Origin: Candidatus Poribacteria bacterium
GTDB lineage: Bacteria; Poribacteria; WGA-4E; WGA-3G
Assembly: GCA_965214095.1 (NCBI GenBank)
Contig: OZ243938.1
Span: forward strand, 3,456,001-3,520,000
DNA length: 64,000 bases
Direction: 5' to 3'
Every line of letters starts with the position of its first letter. The stretch's first letter is position 1. A model generated the notes under the pieces. That model was not told the DNA's origin, did no database searches, and saw only the letters and a program-made list of their open reading frames with translations. Positions 38,399 through 48,073 of the stretch are shown piece by piece. Both the position numbers and the translations under genes were made by a program.

Positions 38399-39720
38399 CT
38401 TTGATACTGGTACTGGTTATTTGCGGCTGTAGTAAGGAATATCTCGTTTGGTACGGTCACAGTCCAGACCGTACCAAACGAGTAGAAGTTATTGAGAAAG
38501 ATAAACGTCAACAGATCAAAATGGGCGAAACTCTTTCGCAACCTTATCTCGGTGTAGCACTCAAAACCATCGTCTTTAGTGAAGATTCCCGACACTTTGC
38601 TTATGCTGCTATGATCGATGAAGGTTGGATTGTCATAACTGATGGTGAGCGTAGTCGTCTCTGGACAGGCATCGGGGAAGTTCTATTCGGACCGAAGCAG
38701 CAACTTGTATATGTCGCTTCCGATTTAGGTGGTTGGCACGTTGTAGTAGACGGTGTCCCAAGCGTTTCTTTTGAAGCGGTGATGCAGGGTTCGCTTACTT
38801 TCTCACCGGACGGATACCATCTCGCTTATGTAGTTGCCGTGGGAAACCAGTTCCGAGTCGTTATAGATGGAAAATTAGGGTTCCTTTATGAAAACGTAGC
38901 AGCACTTCGGTTCAGTCCGGATAGTGAACAAATCGCATACATTGTAAGAAACGGTCTTCACCAATACATAGCACTGGATGACAAATTACTGGGACCATTT
39001 AACCAAATTGCAGATTTTACTATCGGGCGAAACGGTAGATTGGGAATATTGGTTCGTGATCATGATGGATGGCGAACTGTGATAGACGGACAAGAGGGAG
39101 AAGTGTTTGACAATTTAAGTAGTATCCAATTTTCAAGAAATGGACAGTACGCTTACGCTGCAGAACGTGATAACAGTTGGGTTGTTATCCAAAATAGCAC
39201 GCACAGCCCCGTATATGACAGTGTCAAACAACTTACTTTCGCAAAGGAAACGTTATTCTACGAAGCAAGTTTAGGAGACGACACTTGTATTGTAACAAAC
39301 AATATTCGCGGTCCATTGTTGAAATGGGTAGGTCGTTTGATTGTCAGCCCTGACGGTCTTCACACCGCTTACCTCGGACAACCCTGTGGAGGAAATATAT
39401 CTGTCTTTCACAATGCGAACGTGCATGCTGTTCCAAACGCTCTAAATGGCACACTCGTTTTGAGCGACGACTACCAACATTGGGCATGCTTAGTGCAAGA
39501 CGAAATTGATGGAACCATTGATATTATTATTGATGGACAATTGCGATATCCTTTTGACTTAGAAGAGATGATGGCACTAATAATGTTAATCCCAGATGCT
39601 TCAAGTGCCCAACACGAAAAAATACTACGCCGTTGGGTTAAAGCAGAACTCAAAGCTTATTATGTCAAAAAAGGATCTGCACAATCTCCTGAAACATCTA
39701 AAAAGTTTACACGAATGTAA
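38377..39720 (+). CDS. Beta-propeller (TolB/WD40-like) lipoprotein
   Basis: Lipobox ICGC; repeats of FSPDGxHLAYV...WxVVxDG about every 37 aa. Confidence 0.8.
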   Translation: MSIFRWITLILVLVICGCSKEYLVWYGHSPDRTKRVEVIEKDKRQQIKMGETLSQPYLGVALKTIVFSEDSRHFAYAAMIDEGWIVITDGERSRLWTGIGEVLFGPKQQLVYVASDLGGWHVVVDGVPSVSFEAVMQGSLTFSPDGYHLAYVVAVGNQFRVVIDGKLGFLYENVAALRFSPDSEQIAYIVRNGLHQYIALDDKLLGPFNQIADFTIGRNGRLGILVRDHDGWRTVIDGQEGEVFDNLSSIQFSRNGQYAYAAERDNSWVVIQNSTHSPVYDSVKQLTFAKETLFYEASLGDDTCIVTNNIRGPLLKWVGRLIVSPDGLHTAYLGQPCGGNISVFHNANVHAVPNALNGTLVLSDDYQHWACLVQDEIDGTIDIIIDGQLRYPFDLEEMMALIMLIPDASSAQHEKILRRWVKAELKAYYVKKGSAQSPETSKKFTRM

Positions 39721-39800
39721 TGGATTATTCCTAACATAGATAGGGTTTACGCAACTTTCAGAATTTTAGTGTAGACACTCCACTAGTAGCATTCTCTTGC

Positions 39801-40607
39801 TCATGTCAACCTGATAACATCCTTCTTAACTATCTCTTTTGTGTGATTGATGTCTGCATGAGCGATTAATTCTAACGTTTCTGGTGCTAACCGATCTCTC
39901 ACCTCTGTAGGTAGACGACTCTCACCACGGTCTTGCGGTCTAAACCGTAAAACAAGGAAGCAACGATATCGGTCTATCGGTTTCCAAGGGAGTGCGCCGT
40001 GGGTTAAGAGTTCCGAGATTATCACAATATCCCCTGCTTTTGGTGTGATATTTTCTACACCTGCGGGAAGGTCTTCAACATCATCAATAGTTCCATTGTT
40101 GAATATGTGTTCGGGACGATCATATTCAGCTTTGTGTGAACCGGGAACAACTAACAATCCACCATCACCGGGATGCACATCTGTTAGATATGGGAAAACG
40201 ACGAAATCATCACAATAGATTTTACCATTTCGGTTTTCAAAGCAGTTCTTGTCCCTTCCATAATCTTCACGCGCACAATGTAGCCGTAATGCTTCTCCAC
40301 CTTCCGGAACACCAACTCTGTCTGCTATCATTGTGCCACGAAACAGCTGCGGTTTATCGTCAGTCAGTTCCTTAATGATAGACCAACTTGCAGGGTGTAA
40401 TGCAAGTGCTTCCAATGCTCTTGAGAAAGCAACTCCGTTTGGCAAGTGTTTTCCACTGGAGTCAAATCCTGCAGGAAGTTCATCAGATGGAGTGTTGATG
40501 TAACTATCAGCTGCTTTCTGTGCTGCTTCTAATTCATCTCCTGTAATTGCATTCTTAAGATGTAGAAATCCAGTAACGTCAAAAAGATATCGTTGTTCAG
40601 GTGTCAT
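39801..40607 (-). CDS. PhyH-family Fe(II)/2-oxoglutarate enzyme with H-x-A motif
   Basis: MTPEQRYLFDVTGFL, DGGLLVVPGSHK, KAGDIVI, LTHGALPW; proximal motif LHCAR. Confidence 0.85.
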   Translation of the reverse strand: MTPEQRYLFDVTGFLHLKNAITGDELEAAQKAADSYINTPSDELPAGFDSSGKHLPNGVAFSRALEALALHPASWSIIKELTDDKPQLFRGTMIADRVGVPEGGEALRLHCAREDYGRDKNCFENRNGKIYCDDFVVFPYLTDVHPGDGGLLVVPGSHKAEYDRPEHIFNNGTIDDVEDLPAGVENITPKAGDIVIISELLTHGALPWKPIDRYRCFLVLRFRPQDRGESRLPTEVRDRLAPETLELIAHADINHTKEIVKKDVIRLT

Positions 40608-40631
40608 CATTACATTATACTCGCTATAACG

Positions 40632-41321
40632 TCAAATCTCTAATATAATTGGAATATCAGTCAACGAACGTATTTCATAATCGGGTTCAATATTTGTATT
40701 GTTTTGCGTGCCTTCGCGGTTGAGCCAGACAGCAGGCACACGAACATTTTGCGCGCCTGCGACATCGTTCTCAAGCGAATCTCCTACATGCATCAACTGT
40801 GAGAATTCACAACCTGCGTGCTGAGCAGTAATCTCAAAAATTTTCGGATCCGGTTTCTCAACTTGCACATCTTGAGCAAAGATTACAAAATCAAAATAAT
40901 CCTCAAGTCCACACCGTTCAGGATATGTGTTTCCATTTGAGAGCAGTCCTAACTTAAAGTGTTGTGCCAGAACCTCAAATGTCGGTATAACATCAGGATA
41001 TAACTCTATGTCTTCAAACCTATGCTTGCGATAAATTGCATTCAGGTGTGCGGCTAACTTTTCGTTAGGATATCCTACATATTCCAGTGTCTGTTCAAAA
41101 GCACCTCGTCTTATTTCTAAGAGATTCCAGATTTTACCTTTTACTTCTTCTGCATATTGATCTCGGATCCATATCATCTCATCAATTGTCAGTTCTGATG
41201 CCCGTTGTGTCGGCACTTGTTCTTGTAGTTCATTTAAAGTCTGTTTGAGCGAATGACGCATGACCTTGTGAAAATCCCACAAGGTCATATCACCATCAAA
41301 TGAGATAACCGAAATATTCAA
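40632..41321 (-). CDS. HAD-superfamily hydrolase
   Basis: FDGDMTLWD, LLSNGN, EKPDPKIF, HVGDSLENDV. Confidence 0.9.
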   Translation of the reverse strand: MNISVISFDGDMTLWDFHKVMRHSLKQTLNELQEQVPTQRASELTIDEMIWIRDQYAEEVKGKIWNLLEIRRGAFEQTLEYVGYPNEKLAAHLNAIYRKHRFEDIELYPDVIPTFEVLAQHFKLGLLSNGNTYPERCGLEDYFDFVIFAQDVQVEKPDPKIFEITAQHAGCEFSQLMHVGDSLENDVAGAQNVRVPAVWLNREGTQNNTNIEPDYEIRSLTDIPIILEI

Positions 41322-41338
41322 GGACTTTTCCTCTAAAA

Positions 41339-41725
41339 CTATGATTCAGGCACCCCTATAGAAGCGTGTATTTGTGCGAATTTCCACAAGTTGTCAACAT
41401 TTTCTAAAACTCCTGTCATTCGCATCACGAATTCTTCAGAAACACCTTGCCACTTGAGTTTCCATATCTGACGTGTATAAAACCAAGCGACAGGATCGCG
41501 TTCTTGTACATCAAGATTGATGACTTTGATGCTGAAATCCTCAGTACTTACAACATGATTTTGATAATAGGCTGCAATTCCATCTACACCTTCAACGACT
41601 TCACCTGCATCCGTGCCTATCTTCACATAGTGTGTGGCAGGAAACATCATTGTAATAAGGGTTTCAGCATCTCTTGTCACAAGTGCCTCAAAATATGCCT
41701 TTACCGTATCATGCGCATTCGGCAT
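41339..41725 (-). CDS. SnoaL/NTF2-like protein
   Basis: IGTDAGEVVEG, VAWF, RMTGVL..WKFAQIHAS. Confidence 0.85.
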   Translation of the reverse strand: MPNAHDTVKAYFEALVTRDAETLITMMFPATHYVKIGTDAGEVVEGVDGIAAYYQNHVVSTEDFSIKVINLDVQERDPVAWFYTRQIWKLKWQGVSEEFVMRMTGVLENVDNLWKFAQIHASIGVPES

Positions 41726-42299
41726 CGTGAATTCCTGTGAGTGCGTCCCACAAGGCAGTGCTCATCTGCTCACATGCCCGTACTGCAGTTTCCTGTGCAT
41801 CTGATGATAATGCACCGATTCTCTCAAGTATTTTCTCTGCTTCATGTTCATTGTGGGAATGTGTTACAAAATAAGGTTCCACTTTTTCCGGAAGTTGATA
41901 GAATGCTTTTAGTCCTGCCAACTTGGATTTCGCAGTTTCCGGTTGTTGTGCTTCAAAAGCATACAGCGCGCCTAACGCTGTTTCTCTATTAGAAAAGAGG
42001 GTTTCAGCGGTATTCAAGAGAGTTTTCACTTGTGGTATTTGTGCATCTGCAATTTCGGTGTCAAGTCCGTCGGCAAAATCTTCCCACATCTCAATATGTT
42101 CCGTTTCCTCTTCCGCTGTTTCAGCATCGTTTAATGTTTCCCACCCATTCGGTAGTGTTGAGATGAACGCACCATATTCACGTGCATAACATTTCAATGC
42201 TTCAACAGGTAATTCACCAGCACTCCATGCTTGGTAAAACGGATGATTGAGTAAATTATATTTGGAGATTTTACTGTCTAATGCTTGCTTGTAATCCAT
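41709..42299 (-). CDS. CADD/TenA/PqqC-family heme-oxygenase-like dimetal enzyme
   Basis: LLNHPFYQAWSAGEL, EETEHIEMW, ALYAFEAQQPE, YFVTHSHNEHE. Confidence 0.85.
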   Translation of the reverse strand: MDYKQALDSKISKYNLLNHPFYQAWSAGELPVEALKCYAREYGAFISTLPNGWETLNDAETAEEETEHIEMWEDFADGLDTEIADAQIPQVKTLLNTAETLFSNRETALGALYAFEAQQPETAKSKLAGLKAFYQLPEKVEPYFVTHSHNEHEAEKILERIGALSSDAQETAVRACEQMSTALWDALTGIHDAECA

Positions 42300-42390
42300 T
42301 AATTTAGTACTCCATATCATGTATTATGAACTTGGGTTGTTGATCAATCTACAATTAAGATTTCTATGTTCCATTGAAAATCTGTTTTGT

Positions 42391-42419
42391 AGTATAGCAC
42401 ATCTATGTAGTGATGTCAA
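42391..42419 (-). promoter_or_regulatory. Sigma70 promoter for the CADD operon
   Basis: Reverse strand TTGACA-17 nt-TATACT with extended TG. Confidence 0.7.
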
Positions 42420-42467
42420 CAATAGTAGTCAATATTGCGTTAACTACGGAGAACATACCAAATTAAT

Positions 42468-42496
42468 TTGACAATTAAGTTAAAAAAACATATAAT
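42468..42496 (+). promoter_or_regulatory. Consensus sigma70 promoter for the STAS operon
   Basis: TTGACA-17 nt-TATAAT, exact consensus. Confidence 0.8.
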
Positions 42497-42557
42497 AGAA
42501 ACAGAATCAGTTAAATTTGCGTATTACTTTAAAAAACAGACATAAGGGAGACAAACA

Positions 42558-42905
42558 ATGGCAACCACGGTTCGCTACAAAGATGGAGTTACCATTTTGG
42601 AACCATCAGGAAAAATTATGGGCACTGGAGTGACCGAACTGCGCGAGGTAATGACTGCCGAGATTGATGCCTCCGACAAACCGAGAATTCTGATTGATTT
42701 TGAAAAAGTCAATATGATGGATAGTTCTGGTCTTGGAACGCTGATGGGTGCTCATGTTACAATTACTAGACAAGGTGGCAGGGTCGGTGTGCTCAATGTT
42801 GGGAAGAATATCAAGAATCTTATTGTGCGAAGTCGACTTGCGAGTATTTTTGAACATTTCACGACTGAAGAGGAAGCTGTCTCAACTTTGGGAAGCGAAG
42901 ACTAA
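42558..42905 (+). CDS. STAS anti-sigma-factor antagonist
   Basis: IDFEKVNMMDSSGLGTL. Confidence 0.92.
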   Translation: MATTVRYKDGVTILEPSGKIMGTGVTELREVMTAEIDASDKPRILIDFEKVNMMDSSGLGTLMGAHVTITRQGGRVGVLNVGKNIKNLIVRSRLASIFEHFTTEEEAVSTLGSED

Positions 42906-42944
42906 CAAATTTTTCGTTAGCGCAGCAAGATGGAGGCTGCATTA

Positions 42945-43310
42945 ATGGCGATCATTCAATCAGAACAAGACGGTGTGCATATTTTTAAGCTTGAAGGTAG
43001 AATAATGGGACCTGATATCCAGGAGTTAAAAGACACCGTAGAAAAAACACTATCACAGATAGATAAAACTCCTAAGCTTGTATTTGACTTCAAAGATGTC
43101 ATCGGTATGGACAGTTCAGGTCTTGGTGTTCTTATGAATATTTATGCAGATATACATCCGCTTGGTGGAACAATCGCTGTGATCAATGTCAACAAACATG
43201 TCAAGAACTTAATTGTAATGGCGAGACTAATTACTGTGTTTCGCAACTTTGAAACTGAAGAAGAAGCAGTTTGGTCTCTGCAGAATCCTCCATCCGAAAC
43301 TACACCGTAA
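42945..43310 (+). CDS. STAS anti-sigma-factor antagonist
   Basis: FDFKDVIGMDSSGLGVL; GGAGG RBS supports start at 42945. Confidence 0.9.
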   Translation: MAIIQSEQDGVHIFKLEGRIMGPDIQELKDTVEKTLSQIDKTPKLVFDFKDVIGMDSSGLGVLMNIYADIHPLGGTIAVINVNKHVKNLIVMARLITVFRNFETEEEAVWSLQNPPSETTP

Positions 43311-43332
43311 TTTATCTTATAGGTATGTTCGA

Positions 43333-44094
43333 ATGATAAAAAATATCCTCGTTTCTATAGGCGACACTGATTATGAAAGAAATGCCTTTGATTACGCGGG
43401 ACAACTTGCTGTTCTATTAGGTACTCATCTGTCTTGTGTTTTTTTTCAAGACAGTTCACATGGTGGTAGTGCCGACGTTGCTGAAACGGTTATCCGTAGA
43501 ACTGAAAAAGAATGCGCGCTTTACGATTTTTTGGACTATCATATTGAAGCAGTCGCTGGTAATCCACGGCAAATGATATGTCAACAAGCACATTCTGCGG
43601 ATTTAGTTGTGGTAGGACTGCCCGAAGAGATAAAAACGCGCGGATTAAAGCTCATTCAAAACCAAATTGACGATGTTCTTGCTCATATTACTAAGCCAAT
43701 AATCGTCGTTCATGAACAATGTACGTTATTACGAAAGATAATGGCTGTAAATCACGGTGATATTTACTCAGACCATGTTCTCTCTCTGGCTGCTGAAATT
43801 GGAGAATTGACGAAGGCAAGTATTTTCGGACTCGCACTTTCAAACACGGCTCAGGAAGCGGCAGACATCAAACAGCAGATGGCATCATACTTACAATACT
43901 ATGATGTGCAAACGGAATTTCTGACAGCACTCGGTTTTACGGTGACCAATATTTTGGAAAATGCAGAAGAGAACGATTGTGATTTAATTGCTCTTAGTGC
44001 CAGTCATCACGGCCGTTTGTATGAACTGGTTTTCCAAAGTACTACACAAACCGTTGTTAAACTTGCAAATCGTGCCGTTTTAGTAACCAAATAA
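43333..44094 (+). CDS. Tandem-domain universal stress protein
   Basis: MIKNILVS, ADLVVVG, KPIIVV, DLIALSA..STTQTVVKLANRAVLV. Confidence 0.85.
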   Translation: MIKNILVSIGDTDYERNAFDYAGQLAVLLGTHLSCVFFQDSSHGGSADVAETVIRRTEKECALYDFLDYHIEAVAGNPRQMICQQAHSADLVVVGLPEEIKTRGLKLIQNQIDDVLAHITKPIIVVHEQCTLLRKIMAVNHGDIYSDHVLSLAAEIGELTKASIFGLALSNTAQEAADIKQQMASYLQYYDVQTEFLTALGFTVTNILENAEENDCDLIALSASHHGRLYELVFQSTTQTVVKLANRAVLVTK

Positions 44095-44107
44095 TGAGGG
44101 AATCCAC

Positions 44108-46393
44108 ATGGCATCTGCCTCCGATTCACTTAACAACTCCCCTTTTTTGCAGATGTCATCAGATATGTTCGGATACATACATCTGGATGGCACGTTCCTT
44201 CCACTCAATCCTGCCTGGGAAAAAATTCTTGGATTCACTCGTGCCGAACTTCAAACCCATTCTTGGATAGAACTTATTCATCCAGACGACCAAGCATCTT
44301 CAGTTGATGAACTTACGAAAATAGAATCGGAAGATCAACAGACAATCACTTTTGAAAACCGCTTTCAATGTAGTAATGGGGAATTCAGAAGGTTACTCTG
44401 GTGGGTACAGCCAGATGCCGAACAACACTCCCGTTATTGTGTTACTGTTCGTGATATTACGAGACAAAAGCGGATTGAGAAGAAACTTCGCGAAAGCGAG
44501 ACACGGTTTCAGCAGCTTGCCCAAACCCATACACAAGAAAGTGATTTACTGCATACTCTGATGGATAATACTCCCGACCATATTTACTTCAAGGATATTG
44601 AGAGTAGATTTGTCCGGATCAATCGTTCACTTGCTAATCGCTTCGGTCTAAAAAACCCTGCTGAGGCTATCGGTAAAAGCGACTTTGATTTTTTTACCCG
44701 TGAACATGCACAGCAAGCCTATCAAGATGAACGCACAGTCATAGATTCTGGGAAACCGATTGAGGGGAAACAGGAAAAAGAGACATGGCTTGGTGGACAG
44801 GATACCTGGGTTTCTACGACAAAAGTACCAATTAGAGATAGAAGTGGTCGTATAAATGGCACATGTGGCATCTCCCGTGACATCACGGAGTATTTTCGTG
44901 CCGATCAAGCACTGCGGGATTCGGAGGCAAATTGGCGTTCATTAGTCGAAAGTGCCCCAGACATTATTTCAACACTTGATATGGATTATCGGTTTCAGTT
45001 TATCAACCGTATTCCTTCAGGTGTAGATATGGAACCAGAAGATCTCGTTGGAAAGAGTATCTTTGATTTTTTGACTCAAGAACACCATGATGGGTTTAGA
45101 GAGGCATGTCAAAAGGTCTTGGAAACGTGTGAGGTTGCCGGTTATGAAGTTCAAGGAAGAATTAGTCTAAATTGGTATTCTTCATGGGTTGGTCCTATTT
45201 TACGAGATGGTGATATTGTAGGTTTTGTCGTAACTTCAACGAACATAACTGATCGAAAGCAAGCAGAAATGGAATTACAGGAGAGTGAATTGCGTTTCCG
45301 CCGTGCTGTACTTAATGCCCCGCTGCCTATTATGATACATGCGGAAGATGGTGAGGTAATTCTCATCAATCGTACTTGGACTGATCTTACCGGCTACACG
45401 CTTGAAGATATGACAACAGTTTCTAAATGGTTGATACAAGCAAACAGAGAAATGAGTCAAGAAATTCAAGAGTACTTAGGACAGGCAAATCAAATTAAAG
45501 AGAGGGTTGCCCCGGAGCAATACGAAATAATAACAAAGTCAGGTAAAAAGCAGATATGGGAATTTAGTTCATCGCTACTTGGTGTTGAACCAGATGGCAA
45601 ACGTATTATTATTAGTATGGCACTTGATATTACAGAACGTCTGAAAGCACAAGAAGCAATGCAAAGTGCCAAGGAGACCGCAGAATATGCCAGCAGAGCA
45701 AAGAGCGATTTTCTTGCAAATATGAGCCACGAATTGCGAACTCCTTTGAATGCCATTATCGGTTTCGCTGAAATACTTAGGGACGAACTCGTTGGACCGA
45801 TAAACGATGATCAGAAAGAATGCGTCAACGATATTCGTATTAGTGGACAACATCTACTGGAGATGATCAATGACATATTAGACCTTTCAAAGATTGAAGC
45901 CGGAAAAATGTTTTTACAACTTGAGGAGTTTGTTATCGTTGACGCAGTTGAGGAAGTTAGCACAATTATCAGTTCGCTTGCACTGCAAAAAGATATTGAG
46001 CTCACTTTATCATGTCCAGAAAACGCTATGATTGAAGCTGATCGCGTCAAATTTAAGCAAATATTCTATAATTTGTTATCGAATGCAGTAAAATTCACAC
46101 CGGATAGCGGTAAAGTCACAACTAATTTGAATATTGCATCCACCACACTTCATGTTGAGGTAATAGATACTGGCATAGGAATAGCCGAGGAAGATCAAAT
46201 GAAGTTATTCGCACCTTTTACACAGATTGACACTTCAAAGTCAAGGCGTTTCGGTGGAACAGGTCTCGGTCTTGCACTTACGCAACGTTTGATTGAGTTG
46301 CATGGTGGTGAAATACGTGTAACAAGTGAAGAGGGAAAGGGGAGTACTTTCTCATTTAGTATACCAATAGTCCAAACAATCAACAGCGGTTAG
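44108..46393 (+). CDS. Cytoplasmic multi-PAS sensor histidine kinase
   Basis: Four PAS/PAC repeats; FLANMSHELRTPLNAI, NLLSNAVKFT, DTGIGI, GTGLGL. Confidence 0.95.
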   Translation: MASASDSLNNSPFLQMSSDMFGYIHLDGTFLPLNPAWEKILGFTRAELQTHSWIELIHPDDQASSVDELTKIESEDQQTITFENRFQCSNGEFRRLLWWVQPDAEQHSRYCVTVRDITRQKRIEKKLRESETRFQQLAQTHTQESDLLHTLMDNTPDHIYFKDIESRFVRINRSLANRFGLKNPAEAIGKSDFDFFTREHAQQAYQDERTVIDSGKPIEGKQEKETWLGGQDTWVSTTKVPIRDRSGRINGTCGISRDITEYFRADQALRDSEANWRSLVESAPDIISTLDMDYRFQFINRIPSGVDMEPEDLVGKSIFDFLTQEHHDGFREACQKVLETCEVAGYEVQGRISLNWYSSWVGPILRDGDIVGFVVTSTNITDRKQAEMELQESELRFRRAVLNAPLPIMIHAEDGEVILINRTWTDLTGYTLEDMTTVSKWLIQANREMSQEIQEYLGQANQIKERVAPEQYEIITKSGKKQIWEFSSSLLGVEPDGKRIIISMALDITERLKAQEAMQSAKETAEYASRAKSDFLANMSHELRTPLNAIIGFAEILRDELVGPINDDQKECVNDIRISGQHLLEMINDILDLSKIEAGKMFLQLEEFVIVDAVEEVSTIISSLALQKDIELTLSCPENAMIEADRVKFKQIFYNLLSNAVKFTPDSGKVTTNLNIASTTLHVEVIDTGIGIAEEDQMKLFAPFTQIDTSKSRRFGGTGLGLALTQRLIELHGGEIRVTSEEGKGSTFSFSIPIVQTINSG

Positions 46394-46527
46394 ATTTTTT
46401 TCCTAAAGACTAGACATACCGAAAAATACAAAAATCAGAAGCAAAACTTTCCTTTCCGAACAAAGTTGGATTGTTCTCTAACTGCTAATCGTGGAATATT
46501 CAATTCCTTGTGTATAGGAGCCATGAG

Positions 46528-46923
46528 GTGAGTCAGGAGAACCTGCATCAAATCTTAGTCATAGAGGATCAAGAATTGAATAGAAAAGTGGTCCGTATTG
46601 TTTTGCAATCGGAAGGCTATGACGTTCTTGAGGCAACAAATGCAGACGAGGCACTTATGCTTTTAGAGCAAGAGGATCCCGTTCTCATGCTAATGGATAT
46701 TGCCCTGCCTGGCCAAAGTGGTGAAGAATTAACCCGTGAGATTAAAGCCAATCCGAATTGGTGTAATATTCCGATTATTGCCTTAACAGCCGCAGCAATG
46801 ACAGGTGACCGTGAACGTATTCTGAAATCAGGTTGTGATGATTATCTCAGTAAACCTATAGATACACAAGTCCTTGTAAACCGTGTGGCACACCATATCA
46901 AGGAAGCACAACATGAAGAGTGA
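46528..46923 (+). CDS. Single-domain response regulator
   Basis: ILVIED, LMDIALP, IIALTA, YLSKP; AGGAG precedes GTG at 46528. Confidence 0.92.
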   Translation: MSQENLHQILVIEDQELNRKVVRIVLQSEGYDVLEATNADEALMLLEQEDPVLMLMDIALPGQSGEELTREIKANPNWCNIPIIALTAAAMTGDRERILKSGCDDYLSKPIDTQVLVNRVAHHIKEAQHEE

Positions 46924-48073
46924 TGAATCGGCGAAGATACTTGTCGTTGATGATGAACCGCGCAATGTGAAAATCTTACAGATACATCTTCAAGCTCGTG
47001 GCTACACTGTCCTCACTGCTGGAGATGGTGATGAAGCCTTGGTGATCGTATCGGATGAAATGCCCGACATCATCTTATTAGATATAAACATGCCAAAAGT
47101 AGATGGGTTTGAAGTGGTAGAAAGTGTTCGGGCAGATAAGAAAACCGAATTTATTCCGATCATAATGATAACTGCATTGCGCGACACAGAAGAAAATAGG
47201 ATTAAGGCACTTGAAGCGGGGGCAGATGACTTCATTGAGAAGCCATTCAATAGTTTTGAGGTATTGGCTCGTATAAAATCACTGCTACGAATAAAGTTTT
47301 ATCACGACACCCTTGAGGAACATAATAGGCGTTTAGAGGCAGAGCTTCAAATGGCTCGCAGTGTTCAAGAGATTATTATTCCACAAAACGGAACTCAAGA
47401 GATAGCTGGATGTCGTATTGCCTCCTATTGTAGTCCTGCCTTGGCAGTCGGTGGAGATTTTTTTGATATCTGGGAGATAGATAACAATTGTGTAGGGATT
47501 TTACTTTCTGATGTAATGGGTCATGGTGCATCTGCAGCTCTCGTTACTGTTTTTATCAAAACGATTTTATCGGAACACAGAGAACATGTTGAGAATAATC
47601 CTTCCGAGCTTTTGCATATACTAAATACACGTTTTAACGACATCATTAGTTCTCGTTTGTATATGTTTGCGACAGCATTCTGCGGTGTATTTGATCTTAC
47701 AAAACAGCAACTTGTCTGTGCTAATGCAGGACATCCCTCTCCATTTTTGCAGCACGGAACACAGTCCGAATGTGAAAAAATTACTGACAAACACACGGGG
47801 AACGGTTTAGGAATACACAGGGATTCGGAATACCAAAATTGCTATTACCCATTTGATAAATTAAGCAGGACATTTCTTTATACTGATGGTGCCTATGAAG
47901 TCAAAAATCGGGTAGGTGAAGTGTTTACTATAGAAAGGTTGGAAAATGTAATAACGATGTGTAATGAGGAGTCCCCATTGGAACTAATCCAGTCCGTTTC
48001 TAATACAATAACGAATTTTACCGAGGGTTCTCCAAATGAGGATGATTTAACACTAATTGCGATTCAGGGTTAA
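46913..48073 (+). CDS. Response regulator fused to PP2C/SpoIIE (RsbU-like) phosphatase
   Basis: ILVVDD, LLDINMP; VGGDFFD, SDVMGHG, NAGHP, LYTDG, DDLT. Confidence 0.93.
   Translation: MKSDESAKILVVDDEPRNVKILQIHLQARGYTVLTAGDGDEALVIVSDEMPDIILLDINMPKVDGFEVVESVRADKKTEFIPIIMITALRDTEENRIKALEAGADDFIEKPFNSFEVLARIKSLLRIKFYHDTLEEHNRRLEAELQMARSVQEIIIPQNGTQEIAGCRIASYCSPALAVGGDFFDIWEIDNNCVGILLSDVMGHGASAALVTVFIKTILSEHREHVENNPSELLHILNTRFNDIISSRLYMFATAFCGVFDLTKQQLVCANAGHPSPFLQHGTQSECEKITDKHTGNGLGIHRDSEYQNCYYPFDKLSRTFLYTDGAYEVKNRVGEVFTIERLENVITMCNEESPLELIQSVSNTITNFTEGSPNEDDLTLIAIQG

Noticed and set aside
28838-39720. Calling this a canonical aryl polyene or enediyne cluster
   Set aside because: No ketoreductase, acyl ligase, glycosyl/acyltransferase, MMPL or LolA genes of aryl-polyene clusters, and no PKSE/TE/UnbV/UnbU.
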